From: a virus | Lineage: Duplodnaviria; Caudoviricetes | Strand: one strand, 5' to 3' | DNA length: 57,961 nucleotides | Virus record (IMG/VR): IMGVR_UViG_3300031463_000009 | Coordinates: 1-57,961 of that record | In this document: positions 28,701 to 35,372 of the stretch, in pieces | How the letters are laid out: each line of letters starts with the position of its first letter | Position numbering within the stretch: the first letter of the stretch is position 1 | Made by a program: the position numbers and the translations under genes | Notes under the pieces: generated by a model | Told to the model about the DNA's origin: nothing | Databases searched by the model: none | What the model saw: only the letters and a program-made list of their open reading frames with translations

Positions 28701-28918
28701 AATATAAACCGGTGTTGAAGGGAATTAATGTTCTACCTCTGGAAGTTGGAAGCGACTGGATGACAAAGCTTAATTTCGAGCGCATTAAAACAAGTGTTAT
28801 TGAAGCGGCTATAACTGGGGGGAAATCTAAACTTCAGTCGTTTAATCCAATCCCAGATTTGGTGTATGGCACGGACTTTGCTGACGTTTCTCAAATAATG
28901 GACAAGAAGACAAAATAA
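22775..28918 (+). CDS. rpoBC: Fused beta-beta' DNA-directed RNA polymerase (multisubunit type)
   Basis: Beta motifs: 'FFTSSQ..NP..LGEGG', 'GKNLLVAYVPYKGLNFEDGIVVSE', 'GDKL....PKG', 'NPLGIPSRLNFGQVLE', 'KLKH'. Beta' motifs: 'GLFDP', 'VIPPYFRP', 'LLKRRQDLSARAVI', 'KRDPVLHR', catalytic 'GGDLDGD', 'SGARG', 'AIGEP..QL...HTGG'. Single uninterrupted ORF. Confidence 0.97.
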   Translation: MIDPIEHSRDIAKSVADAFMQVFPIEGSKHILRLNGVDVEPNEYMSDYPAQLKAKLSHRSLFQRVVGDFSLIDKATGKVLDRKKMTLAHLPALTDRYSYIVGGTEYTVPIQLRLKPGVYTERKEDGTIQAKLNLVNLRGKSAAVVFDPATRIFSFNYGSSELPLFPILEHLGVSGQELKSLVGEDVYNANIKDREKAVARFARALGVSPEDISKVFNETVLDPNVSKLTLGRSFSKVDGNVLLLATKKVIGVSKGMAKEDDKNSLAFKTPIDTADFLKERILKSKQVLHNRTLARLDRLNDISKIVISEHFSHPILTFFTSSQVVGLPSQVNPVDIASSGSKVTVLGEGGISSLDQIVEKQQQLDPSTFGFLDPIMTPDNSKAGLVVHMAVGAKKKGDSLVSKVWDIKNKQYTYITPEKAFESFVVLPDQVKIVDGKISFVSPRVKAIHKHEIVDIPASKVDYVFDVPEALFDIASLGIPFLAHDSGNRALLATKHIEQSLPLVDADHPLVDVEVAKGHGWSDVGRAAFPMVESPIDGVVSKVTKDQIVIKSGKNVAKVPLLNYFPLEDGGYAHSTPVVKPGDKVKKGDIVSETNFTDKQGKLKIGKNLLVAYVPYKGLNFEDGIVVSESAAKKLTSRHLYRENVYTSKGIAVSKNKLLALYPGIFNTNQLNKLDSDGVIKEGEYIDEGDPLIAVLQHDIQPKPEELLLARFSKKLYQPWKNKTVTWTNPFRGRVVRVVKGKNIDVYIETEEPAQVGDKLSTRAAPKGIITYIVPDAEMPKTESGKTVDVIVNPLGIPSRLNFGQVLEAAAGKIAEKTGKPKMVAQFKKGDLEELEKELKEHGISDKEYLIDPTTGVKTEHPVLVGPEYILKLKHTALTKATARGGGVGEKYSYDSIPLGGEGAQSLGHLGLYAMLAHGALKNLYEMQTYKSSANPEFWFALQSGAPLPPPSVPVPYKKFVDYLRTLGVDVKKTGNVLQLYPLYDEDILKLSSGEIDPTKIIRGKDLREEPGGLFDPVKTGGITGTKYSHITLNASFPNPIYKDAFAILFGMTRTQYDELIQGKLGVTDDGKLSPDGKYRLDKAFKKLLSTLDVKKELAESEERIKNTSGIERAKLARKIRILRHLAELKRNPEDVYMTKHVLVIPPYFRPITETKDGNISVNDLNGLYRNIGILNQQLKQAKELTDKEQADAYASVYSALEALQMNGLSVGSKQYRSVLDIIAGPQPKLGYFQQSLLKRRQDLSARAVIVVPKESMPLDEVGLPEKMAWTIFGPLVIRRLTRAGYTTLQATEMVKNKVPAARTALEREMKERPVLLKRDPVLHRYNVMAFYPKLVSGEAIHIHPLTLQGFGGDLDGDAFSVFTPVTENAVKELQNLLPSNNLFSTTSGKALYAPRHEGLMGLYLLSRVEKKSDKKFDSVQDLMAAVNEKKVSLNEEVTVAGKRTTAGRILIQEALPKGYEVDVLTGKNLAKLLSDIGHKHPNDYPSVVEKLRVLGNDYAFRYGVSMGIEDVKVPKSLQEYTKRVWDKAERMAANTRDQDKKTKILLAAKESIEKKALETLPKDSFLYKMVESGARGNPGQLLQMTVGPGLVEQHGKLITVPIKSGYGAGMDVTDYFTSMLGARSGLVSGKAREIRDPGWLSKQMLASVLDVRVTSDDCGVKKGTYMSVDDDQILGRYLPNDVTINGKVYRRNTLVTPELLSEAKKAKIKELEVRSPLNCQAPHGVCKKCMGLNPSGKEHRLGEFVGVSAAHAIGEPSSQLALSGWHTGGAVGAQISPFNRLRQLLAFPENLSGESVLAQTFGKVEAIHKKPLGTEVVINNVTHWVPSDKKVTVSVGDKVTKGQPISTGLFNPRKHMELVGVEGTRNKLVDEIYNLLRTQTPIRRTNVELIVKALTNVAEVDDRGGHPHWLEGDLVPLNHANWFNKSGRFAEISKGNAVGGKLLENYKGFKKGTIVDRSMLPHLPDQVKVELPPVKYKPVLKGINVLPLEVGSDWMTKLNFERIKTSVIEAAITGGKSKLQSFNPIPDLVYGTDFADVSQIMDKKTK

Positions 28919-28955
28919 CTAACTTATTGTATTTTTTTAGTTAGAGGTATGAAGT

Positions 28956-29729
28956 GTGAGTACTAGGTCGAATATGGTTGATCCTAACTTGGAAAGAGCA
29001 AAAGCTCTTGTTGAGCTTTCTAAATTTCCAAAAGCCAGCAAGAAATACGGTCCTGCGTATTCAAAGGTGCTTATGGGTTTCCCAAGTTCTACTATAGATA
29101 GTCTCATCAGAAAAATTAGAGGAATACCTAAAGATGCCCCACATTTCAATGAGCAGGCTCTGCTAGAACTTTTAAAAAGAAAAGACCTAGCAGAGACCTA
29201 TGTGGCACATGCAGTTCCTTCGGCTAAAGTAATTTATGCGTTATCAGAAAAACGAAAACAGCAGCTACGAGAACTTGCGGATTTAGAAGACTATTTGCGC
29301 ACGGCTAAAGCTATTCTTCCTCAGAGGCCACCTCTTGGTAGAATAAGACTAAATAAAGAGCAACTAAGGAAACTAAAAGAACTAGTAATAGCTCACGAAC
29401 TTGATGAAAAAGAACTAGCTGATAAGTACACTAAAGGATTGATTTTCAAGCGCTTAGATGCACCTAGAGTAGCTGGTCATATAGCGCCGGACATATTACT
29501 TAGAGAGAGTAACAGACTATATCTACAGCATGATAGACAACTGTGGAAAGCTATGGCCGCTGTAAGGATGGTTACTGGCGAGTATTCGTTACTAAAATCC
29601 TGTGGGATTAATTATGGTAAAGAGTATATCTCACCTGGGAGTAATAGATATAAAGCGGCAGTAAAACGAATAAATGAACTATGGAGTAATGTAGGAACTG
29701 TTTTGTATGGAGGTGCAGGTATAGACTAA
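28956..29729 (+). CDS. Hypothetical basic protein (HELDE motif)
   Basis: 257-aa ORF after GAGG; 'AHELDE...GH.AP..L.RESN'. Confidence 0.7.
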   Translation: MSTRSNMVDPNLERAKALVELSKFPKASKKYGPAYSKVLMGFPSSTIDSLIRKIRGIPKDAPHFNEQALLELLKRKDLAETYVAHAVPSAKVIYALSEKRKQQLRELADLEDYLRTAKAILPQRPPLGRIRLNKEQLRKLKELVIAHELDEKELADKYTKGLIFKRLDAPRVAGHIAPDILLRESNRLYLQHDRQLWKAMAAVRMVTGEYSLLKSCGINYGKEYISPGSNRYKAAVKRINELWSNVGTVLYGGAGID

Positions 29730-29768
29730 TCTTTTAGAATGCACTAATATTTTTTTAGGAGGATTTAT

Positions 29769-30560
29769 ATGAACACTTTGCAAAAATTGGCAGACGAGGC
29801 TCAGGGAATCGATCCTTGGGCGTCCCCAGTATATCAAGCAGCTGTAAATAGAGCACTTGCGGATTTGGACAGAAAAGCACGTTTGGCATTTAGGAAAGTT
29901 AAAAAGCCGGTTGTTGATACAGAGAAAGAAGCACCATCACCTCTCTTGGCTTCCATGACAGGACACCCAGGTGCTCCATGGACTCCTTCATGGGCAAATC
30001 CACCAAAACAACAAGCGACAAAACAAGAAACACCAACATCAACGCCGACAGCGTCGGCTCTTTTGTCTGCTATATCAAGACATCCTGTCGCTGCTGGATT
30101 AGGAGCAGCCGGCACACTTGCTGGAGTTGGAACCCTTGCAGCGCTTTTAGCAAGACGAAGGGCAGAGAGATCATTCGCTGAGGCACTTGCACAAAGAGCT
30201 CCAGCAGCATTCGGAGGTTTAGGCAGCCTTGCTCCCCTTGGTGGTGGTTTACTCGCTGGCTACTTATTAGGACGTAGGAGCCAGAAACAGGCTTCTGCTT
30301 TGCCAACAGTTGAAGAATTGATTAATGAATTAAGGAATGGTCTTGAAAAATTGGGGTTCGATATGGTTAGTCCTCTTAGCTCATTGCCGGCAGTTAAACC
30401 CCAGATTGCCCCTATCTTTCCTGGGGCTATACCTCAAGCAGTCGCTAAACCTGGGGTGAACCCACTTGGACCACCAGGTCCTTCTGGTAGAGCTTTGTAT
30501 AGAGTTAGAACTCCTACGGCTGGTGAGTTGGCTGGTTACTCTATGCTTAGAAACAAATAG
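29769..30560 (+). CDS. Putative virion precursor protein (Gly/Ala-rich TM-like segments, K-x-A/G linkers)
   Basis: Starts MNTLQKLA; shares 'HPVA.GLGAAG.L.G.G.L.ALLARRRA' with next gene; linker 'KQASA...GLEKLG'. Confidence 0.65.
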   Translation: MNTLQKLADEAQGIDPWASPVYQAAVNRALADLDRKARLAFRKVKKPVVDTEKEAPSPLLASMTGHPGAPWTPSWANPPKQQATKQETPTSTPTASALLSAISRHPVAAGLGAAGTLAGVGTLAALLARRRAERSFAEALAQRAPAAFGGLGSLAPLGGGLLAGYLLGRRSQKQASALPTVEELINELRNGLEKLGFDMVSPLSSLPAVKPQIAPIFPGAIPQAVAKPGVNPLGPPGPSGRALYRVRTPTAGELAGYSMLRNK

Positions 30561-30685
30561 ACACAGACACTTAAATGTTAAGTAAAAAATTGATGGTTTT
30601 GTAGTAATAGAGTAAATAGACTTATGATTAGTTAGAGCTATACTTATCATTTAGTCTATTTTATTATTTTTTTAGGAGGACTATT

Positions 30686-32368
30686 ATGAACACTTTGAGA
30701 AAACTGGCCGGTTGGAGAGAATCCTACAATAAAGCAATGAATGTAATTGGCTATCCCGGAGAAGCTCTTGCTGGAATTATGGAGAAAAAGTTCAATCCTG
30801 ACGCATATTATGCTGGAAAAACTCCACCGTCTCCACCCCCTAGACAGAAAATACCGAAAGAGCCACAATATAGTACTCGTGGTCCTGTAGATGAGATTGT
30901 ACACACGTACACTAGTGCTGGATACCCAGCCCCCGAAACAGTGATACTTCCTGGTGTTCAAGCCACATTTCAGACCGAAGCAGGAAGGGAAGCTGTTGAT
31001 AAAGCTATAGCAGAGGACGAACTGAAAGCAAGGATGGAAGAATACAGGCAAATGATGCGTGGGCAGTCGGATGTTAAACCCAGACTTCCGTCGGCTACTA
31101 CTAGTCAACTAATTGACGAACTGCTTGGAAGAGCTAAAGAGAATATCAAAGCCAAAGCTTATAGTGCTAAGGCGGATCTTGGGAAAGTCTATCAAGAACG
31201 GGCTAAACCGTCAGCTGAAGCTGCTTTATCTGCTGTTAAAGGACATCCTGTCGCTACTGGATTGGGAGCCGCCGGTGCACTTGGGGGACTTGGAGCTCTC
31301 ATAGCCCTTTTGGCAAGACGAAGAGCACAGAAGGCTATGGCTACATCACTTGCAGCAAATGCCCGACCTGCATTAATGGAGGGATTGGCTAAATATGGTC
31401 CTCTTGCTCGTAGGTTTGGTCCTTGGTTGGGCGCTGGTTTAGTAGCTGGGTATTTACTGAACAGGGGTAAAAGCGCATCTGCCCCACAGACATTCCAAGA
31501 ATGGGCTGATGGGATAAGGAGCAGCATCGAAAAAGTTGGAGATGATGGGGATCTGCAAGGAGCATATCAACAGAATGTCAGGCCACATCTTGAATCTGCT
31601 ACCAGATCCGCGCTGCGGGCATATCAGCAAAATGTCAAACCTGTTGTTGGGGCAGCTGCTGGTACACCTGTAGGGCGTGCACTGGCAAATCAAGCCAATT
31701 TGATTGGGAACACTTTTAGGCAAGGTGTTCAGAATGTGCAGAGAGGGTATCAGCAAAATGTCAAACCAGTTGTTGAAGCTGCTGCTGGTACACCATTAGG
31801 ACGTGGAATAGCAGACCAAGTCAACTTAGTTGGAAACTATTGGAGGAACGCCGGCAATAAGGCTTATCAGAATGTTGTTAAACCTTTAGCTGGAGAAATA
31901 GCGTCTACTGTTAGACAACATCCTGTTGGTACGATGCTTGCACCTGGGGCTGTAATTGGGACTAGTTTAGGGGCTGGTTTAGGGGCTGGTTTAGGTTCTT
32001 TGCTGAGAAATAAAAAACAATCATCGGCACCACAGACATTCCAAGAATGGGCCGCTGGAGTGAGGGAAGGAATTGAAAAAGTCGGATTCGGTTGGGGAGA
32101 TGTTAGACAAGGTTTATCACGGGCAGGCGGTTTTGTTGCTGATCAAGGACGCTTAATCGGCAATTACTGGGGAAATGTTGGTAGAAGGGCGAACGAATAT
32201 GTCAGGTCTAATATTATAGACCCTACTCCCCAGATGCAGCCTCAAACCCCTGCTCAACCCCAAGCTAAAAAACCGTCTGGGGGTGGAGGCTTGGGGACGT
32301 TCTTCTTAGGCACTCCACTAAAGTCTCCTGCAAGAGAGCAACTTAAGGGGGTAGATTTTGGTGACTAA
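30686..32368 (+). CDS. Putative virion polyprotein with internal repeats
   Basis: Starts MNTLRKLA; two 'K.(A/S)SAPQTFQEWA.G.R..IEKVG' linkers; YQQNVKP repeats; three Gly/Ala hydrophobic stretches. Confidence 0.65.
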   Translation: MNTLRKLAGWRESYNKAMNVIGYPGEALAGIMEKKFNPDAYYAGKTPPSPPPRQKIPKEPQYSTRGPVDEIVHTYTSAGYPAPETVILPGVQATFQTEAGREAVDKAIAEDELKARMEEYRQMMRGQSDVKPRLPSATTSQLIDELLGRAKENIKAKAYSAKADLGKVYQERAKPSAEAALSAVKGHPVATGLGAAGALGGLGALIALLARRRAQKAMATSLAANARPALMEGLAKYGPLARRFGPWLGAGLVAGYLLNRGKSASAPQTFQEWADGIRSSIEKVGDDGDLQGAYQQNVRPHLESATRSALRAYQQNVKPVVGAAAGTPVGRALANQANLIGNTFRQGVQNVQRGYQQNVKPVVEAAAGTPLGRGIADQVNLVGNYWRNAGNKAYQNVVKPLAGEIASTVRQHPVGTMLAPGAVIGTSLGAGLGAGLGSLLRNKKQSSAPQTFQEWAAGVREGIEKVGFGWGDVRQGLSRAGGFVADQGRLIGNYWGNVGRRANEYVRSNIIDPTPQMQPQTPAQPQAKKPSGGGGLGTFFLGTPLKSPAREQLKGVDFGD

Positions 32369-32426
32369 TGTGCCAATCTTGGCAATACTAAATAATTAGT
32401 ATAAATTTACTTTAGGAGGTAAAAAC

Positions 32427-32867
32427 ATGGAAGACTATGAACTGTTAAAAACAGCAGCTGCATTAGATGCAGCCAAGAACAATGATGTCAACACTTTAGC
32501 AGAGCTATTCGTCATGGATCTGGATGACGCTACTAAAGAGGCATTGGCGAATGCTCTTGTGAAGGAGGCTGACTGGAACCTCTTTACAGGCGACGCTGGA
32601 GAGGCCCTTGCTCGTCTGTACGAGAGAATATTCCACCCAGAAGCCTACAGGGCTGGTCAGATCACGCCGGAAGATATTGAGGGTATAAAGAACAGAAATA
32701 CCATTGCACAACAGCGTGAGTTGATCAAAAAACTCAAATTAGGTGTTGGTGGAGCAACTGGGGCAGCTGGATTGGCTGGTCTTTTGGCAGCAGCGTTGGC
32801 ACTTCGTGGGCGTGCTCGCGGAGGCAGCAAACTCGTTTCCTTGCTAAGAAAGGTTCGTCCTCGGTAA
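32427..32867 (+). CDS. Leader-cargo precursor, array member 1
   Basis: 48-aa acidic leader ending VKEA; variable middle; hydrophobic plus basic tail ending LRKVRPR. Confidence 0.8.
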   Translation: MEDYELLKTAAALDAAKNNDVNTLAELFVMDLDDATKEALANALVKEADWNLFTGDAGEALARLYERIFHPEAYRAGQITPEDIEGIKNRNTIAQQRELIKKLKLGVGGATGAAGLAGLLAAALALRGRARGGSKLVSLLRKVRPR

Positions 32868-32950
32868 GTCTCTGGTAAACGCTTAAAGCCCTGTTTGACA
32901 ATCGTCAGATTTGTCAATCGGGTCTTGTAGACTAGATGAAGGAGGATAAC

Positions 32951-33322
32951 ATGGAAGACGATTATGAACTGTTAAAAACAGCAGCAGCATTGAACGCTGT
33001 AGAGAATGATGATGTCAACACTTTAGCAGAACTATTCGTCATGGAACTGGATAACGATACTAAAGTGGCACTGGCTAATGCTCTTGTAAAAGAGGCTGAA
33101 GGAGAAATAGGAAGAGATGAGAAAATTCCACCTTGGCTAGGTTCGGGTTTGCGATACGAAAGAATCAAAAAAATTCTTAGCGGACCTGCTGGATGGGGTG
33201 GAGCAGCTGGGTTGGCTTCTATACCGGGCATTTTGGCACTAGCATTAGCGCTTCGCAGACGTGGTGGTGCTAAAGGAGCTAACAAGCTCGTTTCTATGCT
33301 AAGAAAGGTTCGTCCTCGGTAA
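32951..33322 (+). CDS. Leader-cargo precursor, array member 2
   Basis: ATG at 32951 after GGAGG; same leader; same C-terminal LRKVRPR. Confidence 0.8.
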   Translation: MEDDYELLKTAAALNAVENDDVNTLAELFVMELDNDTKVALANALVKEAEGEIGRDEKIPPWLGSGLRYERIKKILSGPAGWGGAAGLASIPGILALALALRRRGGAKGANKLVSMLRKVRPR

Positions 33323-33418
33323 GCGGGGATATTGGTAAGAGCTTGGAGACCTGTTTTTGATACCCACCTTGCTGTCATCAGGTTTTAGACGCTGTGTAGC
33401 TAGCATAGTGAGGTCGAC

Positions 33419-33709
33419 ATGAAAGACGACTATGAACTGTTGAAAACAGCAGCAGCGTTAGATGCAGCCAAAAACAATGATGTTAACACTTTAGCAGAGC
33501 TATTCGTCATGGATCTGGATGACGCTACTAAAGAGGCATTGGCGAATGCTCTTGAGAAAGAGGCTTCATCTAAGTTACTAGCAAGACTTGCAAGAAGAAC
33601 TGCTAGTAGAAGTGCCGGTCTAAGGACTGCATTGGCTTCTCTTCTATTGGCTAGGGGTAGAGGTAAGTCTAACCAGATCAAGACTTTATTACGATTTTTG
33701 AGGAAGTAA
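33419..33709 (+). CDS. Leader-cargo precursor, array member 3 (cationic cargo)
   Basis: Same leader ending EKEA, then a 47-aa Arg/Leu-rich peptide. Confidence 0.8.
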   Translation: MKDDYELLKTAAALDAAKNNDVNTLAELFVMDLDDATKEALANALEKEASSKLLARLARRTASRSAGLRTALASLLLARGRGKSNQIKTLLRFLRK

Positions 33710-33710
33710 C

Positions 33711-34196
33711 TTGAAAGAGTATTTTAAGCTGGCGGATGATAATAATGATCATAAAGTAATTGATACTCTTAACGAGTATTTTTTCCGCCCTGGCATCATG
33801 AGATTAGTCACTGAGATAATAAGAAAGAAGAGTGTTCCACAAACTGTGAGAACCCCTGAATTGCTTCCAGTAGTTCTTCTTCTTGCAGCTATTGGAAAAA
33901 GCGCTGAAAAGAAAGCAAGTGAGCCATATTTTCCTCCTCCTCCGGTTGTGCAGCCTCCGCCTCCTCCTAGTTTTTATAATGCCCAGCAATTTCTTAAGGA
34001 AGAACAGAAGAGTAATAAATCTAGGTGGCTTATTCCAGTTGTAGCCGCTGGATTATTTCTTTACTTACTATCTCAGCAGAGACCTATTTCTGAAATAAGG
34101 GAGTTCATAGGTAGGAATAGGCCTTTACTAACTATGATTCCTGTGCTAAGCTATTTTTTAGGTAAGAAACCTGAGGAAGAAAATGCGACTAAATGA
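33711..34196 (+). CDS. Putative membrane-associated virion protein (Pro-rich linker)
   Basis: 'FKLA' and 'EKKAS' sites, poly-Pro, TM-like 'WLIPVVAAGLFLYLL'. Confidence 0.65.
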   Translation: MKEYFKLADDNNDHKVIDTLNEYFFRPGIMRLVTEIIRKKSVPQTVRTPELLPVVLLLAAIGKSAEKKASEPYFPPPPVVQPPPPPSFYNAQQFLKEEQKSNKSRWLIPVVAAGLFLYLLSQQRPISEIREFIGRNRPLLTMIPVLSYFLGKKPEEENATK

Positions 34197-34449
34197 GGAA
34201 GATCTAATAAAACTGGCACAGATTTCAGAACTATTAGAATCTGATGGGACGAACGTCCCTTTGTTTATAGGATCTCTTCCTGATAGAGTAATAGAACAAT
34301 TCTTGAGTATAGATCAAAATGACTTGGAAAAGACTGCGGCCTTTCTTTCACTTCGTGGACTTGGCAGACTTTTTGGAGGCTTAGGACGTGCGGTTAGAAG
34401 AACGAGTAGATTTTTAAAACTAAGACGACCTTTTCCACGATTCCTTTAA
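34183..34449 (+). CDS. Acidic leader + cationic amphipathic peptide precursor (divergent array member)
   Basis: Leader resembles array leader (LIKLA...LFIGSLPD...EKTA), then AFLSLRGLGRLFGGLGRAVRRTSRFLKLRRPFPRFL. Confidence 0.75.
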   Translation: MRLNEEDLIKLAQISELLESDGTNVPLFIGSLPDRVIEQFLSIDQNDLEKTAAFLSLRGLGRLFGGLGRAVRRTSRFLKLRRPFPRFL

Positions 34450-34543
34450 AAATCGTTTGATTTTTTGATATAGATAAACGAGGAGTAGTTAAACACTGAA
34501 CTACTCGTTTATTTAATGTTTTTTCAGTAGAAGGAGGTAGAAA

Positions 34544-35191
34544 ATGACTTGGATTAAAGGAATCGTTATTTCTGTTGTGTCTGTGCTTGTCTGTTCTGCT
34601 GGTTGGTTGTTGCTTATTTTATTTTCTAATGTGCCAAACTTACATGTCAAAGATGGTTACTTCGTGGACCAGAAATACCATGTCTATCAGGTGTTTGAAG
34701 ATGGAGTTATTTGTCTGTATGTTCCAAAAAGAAACGGGTATGTGTGTAAGGGTGTTCCACCAGAATTCTTTAGTGCACTAAATACTATATTTGATGCTGA
34801 TCTGTTCAAGGCTACTGAAATGAAGGCTGGGAGCATAGAGAAAGTAATAGAGGAAGCAAGTGCTGTGCATGGTGTAGATCCAAAGCTCGCAAAGGCGGTT
34901 GCAAAGGTAGAATCCAATTATCGTGCTGATGCTACATCACCTAAAGGATGCAAGGGGGTGATGCAGATTTGCACTTATACTGGTGAATCTGATCTTTATA
35001 ACCCGGTTATTAATGTTTATGTCGGTGTTCAAAAGTTGAAAGCGTTGATTGATGAGTTCGGGGATGAGGAACTCGCATTAGCAGCTTACAATTCAGGCCC
35101 AACTGCTGTGCGTAGATATGGTGGTGTCCCTCCATACAAGGAAACTCGTGAGTATATCAAAAAAGTGCTAAAGATTAAAAATGAAATTTAA
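34544..35191 (+). CDS. Lytic transglycosylase (SLT domain) with N-terminal membrane anchor
   Basis: 'VDPKL.KAVAKVESNY...A.SPKG.KGVMQ', 'ALAAYNSG', 'GGVPPYKETREY'. Confidence 0.92.
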   Translation: MTWIKGIVISVVSVLVCSAGWLLLILFSNVPNLHVKDGYFVDQKYHVYQVFEDGVICLYVPKRNGYVCKGVPPEFFSALNTIFDADLFKATEMKAGSIEKVIEEASAVHGVDPKLAKAVAKVESNYRADATSPKGCKGVMQICTYTGESDLYNPVINVYVGVQKLKALIDEFGDEELALAAYNSGPTAVRRYGGVPPYKETREYIKKVLKIKNEI

Positions 35192-35240
35192 ATAGCTACT
35201 TCAATTAGTTGCATTTAGACGACTAATGTAATAAACTAAT

Positions 35241-35320
35241 AAAGGCGGGGTAAAAACCCTGATGATGTAAGTAATAAGTATTCTGTGGGTTAGTCGATAA
35301 TACCCCGCCTTTTTTAGTCT
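35241..35320 (+). terminator. Long-loop hairpin terminator or candidate small RNA
   Basis: AAAGGCGGGGTA/TACCCCGCCTTT stem enclosing AACCC/GGGTT, then TTTAGTC. Confidence 0.55.
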
Positions 35321-35372
35321 GTTCAATTGACTAATCTTTAGTTAAGCGGTATCACTTTATTTGGAGGTTAAT

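Larger units (their letters stand above)
32427..33565 (+). repeat. Three ~145-bp direct repeats encoding the shared leader (32427-32570, 32951-33097, 33419-33565)
   Basis: Near-identical DNA such as 'tatgaactgtt.aaaacagcagc' and 'aacactttagcaga.ctattcgtcatgga'. Confidence 0.9.

Noticed and set aside
22775-28918. Host rpoB/rpoC locus (bacterial chromosome)
   Set aside because: No flanking ribosomal-protein genes, highly divergent motifs, and surrounded by phage replication and virion genes.
32427-33709. Direct repeats as a CRISPR array or DGR template/variable repeats
   Set aside because: Repeats are ~145 bp, in-frame and protein-coding. No cas or reverse transcriptase gene is present, and differences are not adenine-specific.
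32427-34449. RiPP precursors modified by the radical SAM enzyme
   Set aside because: The enzyme is 5 kb away on the opposite strand in another cluster, no transporter is present, and the leaders share the K-x-A motif with head proteins.
35259-35300. CTGATGA suggesting a hammerhead ribozyme
   Set aside because: No stem II followed by GAAA, and no matching cleavage-site helix.
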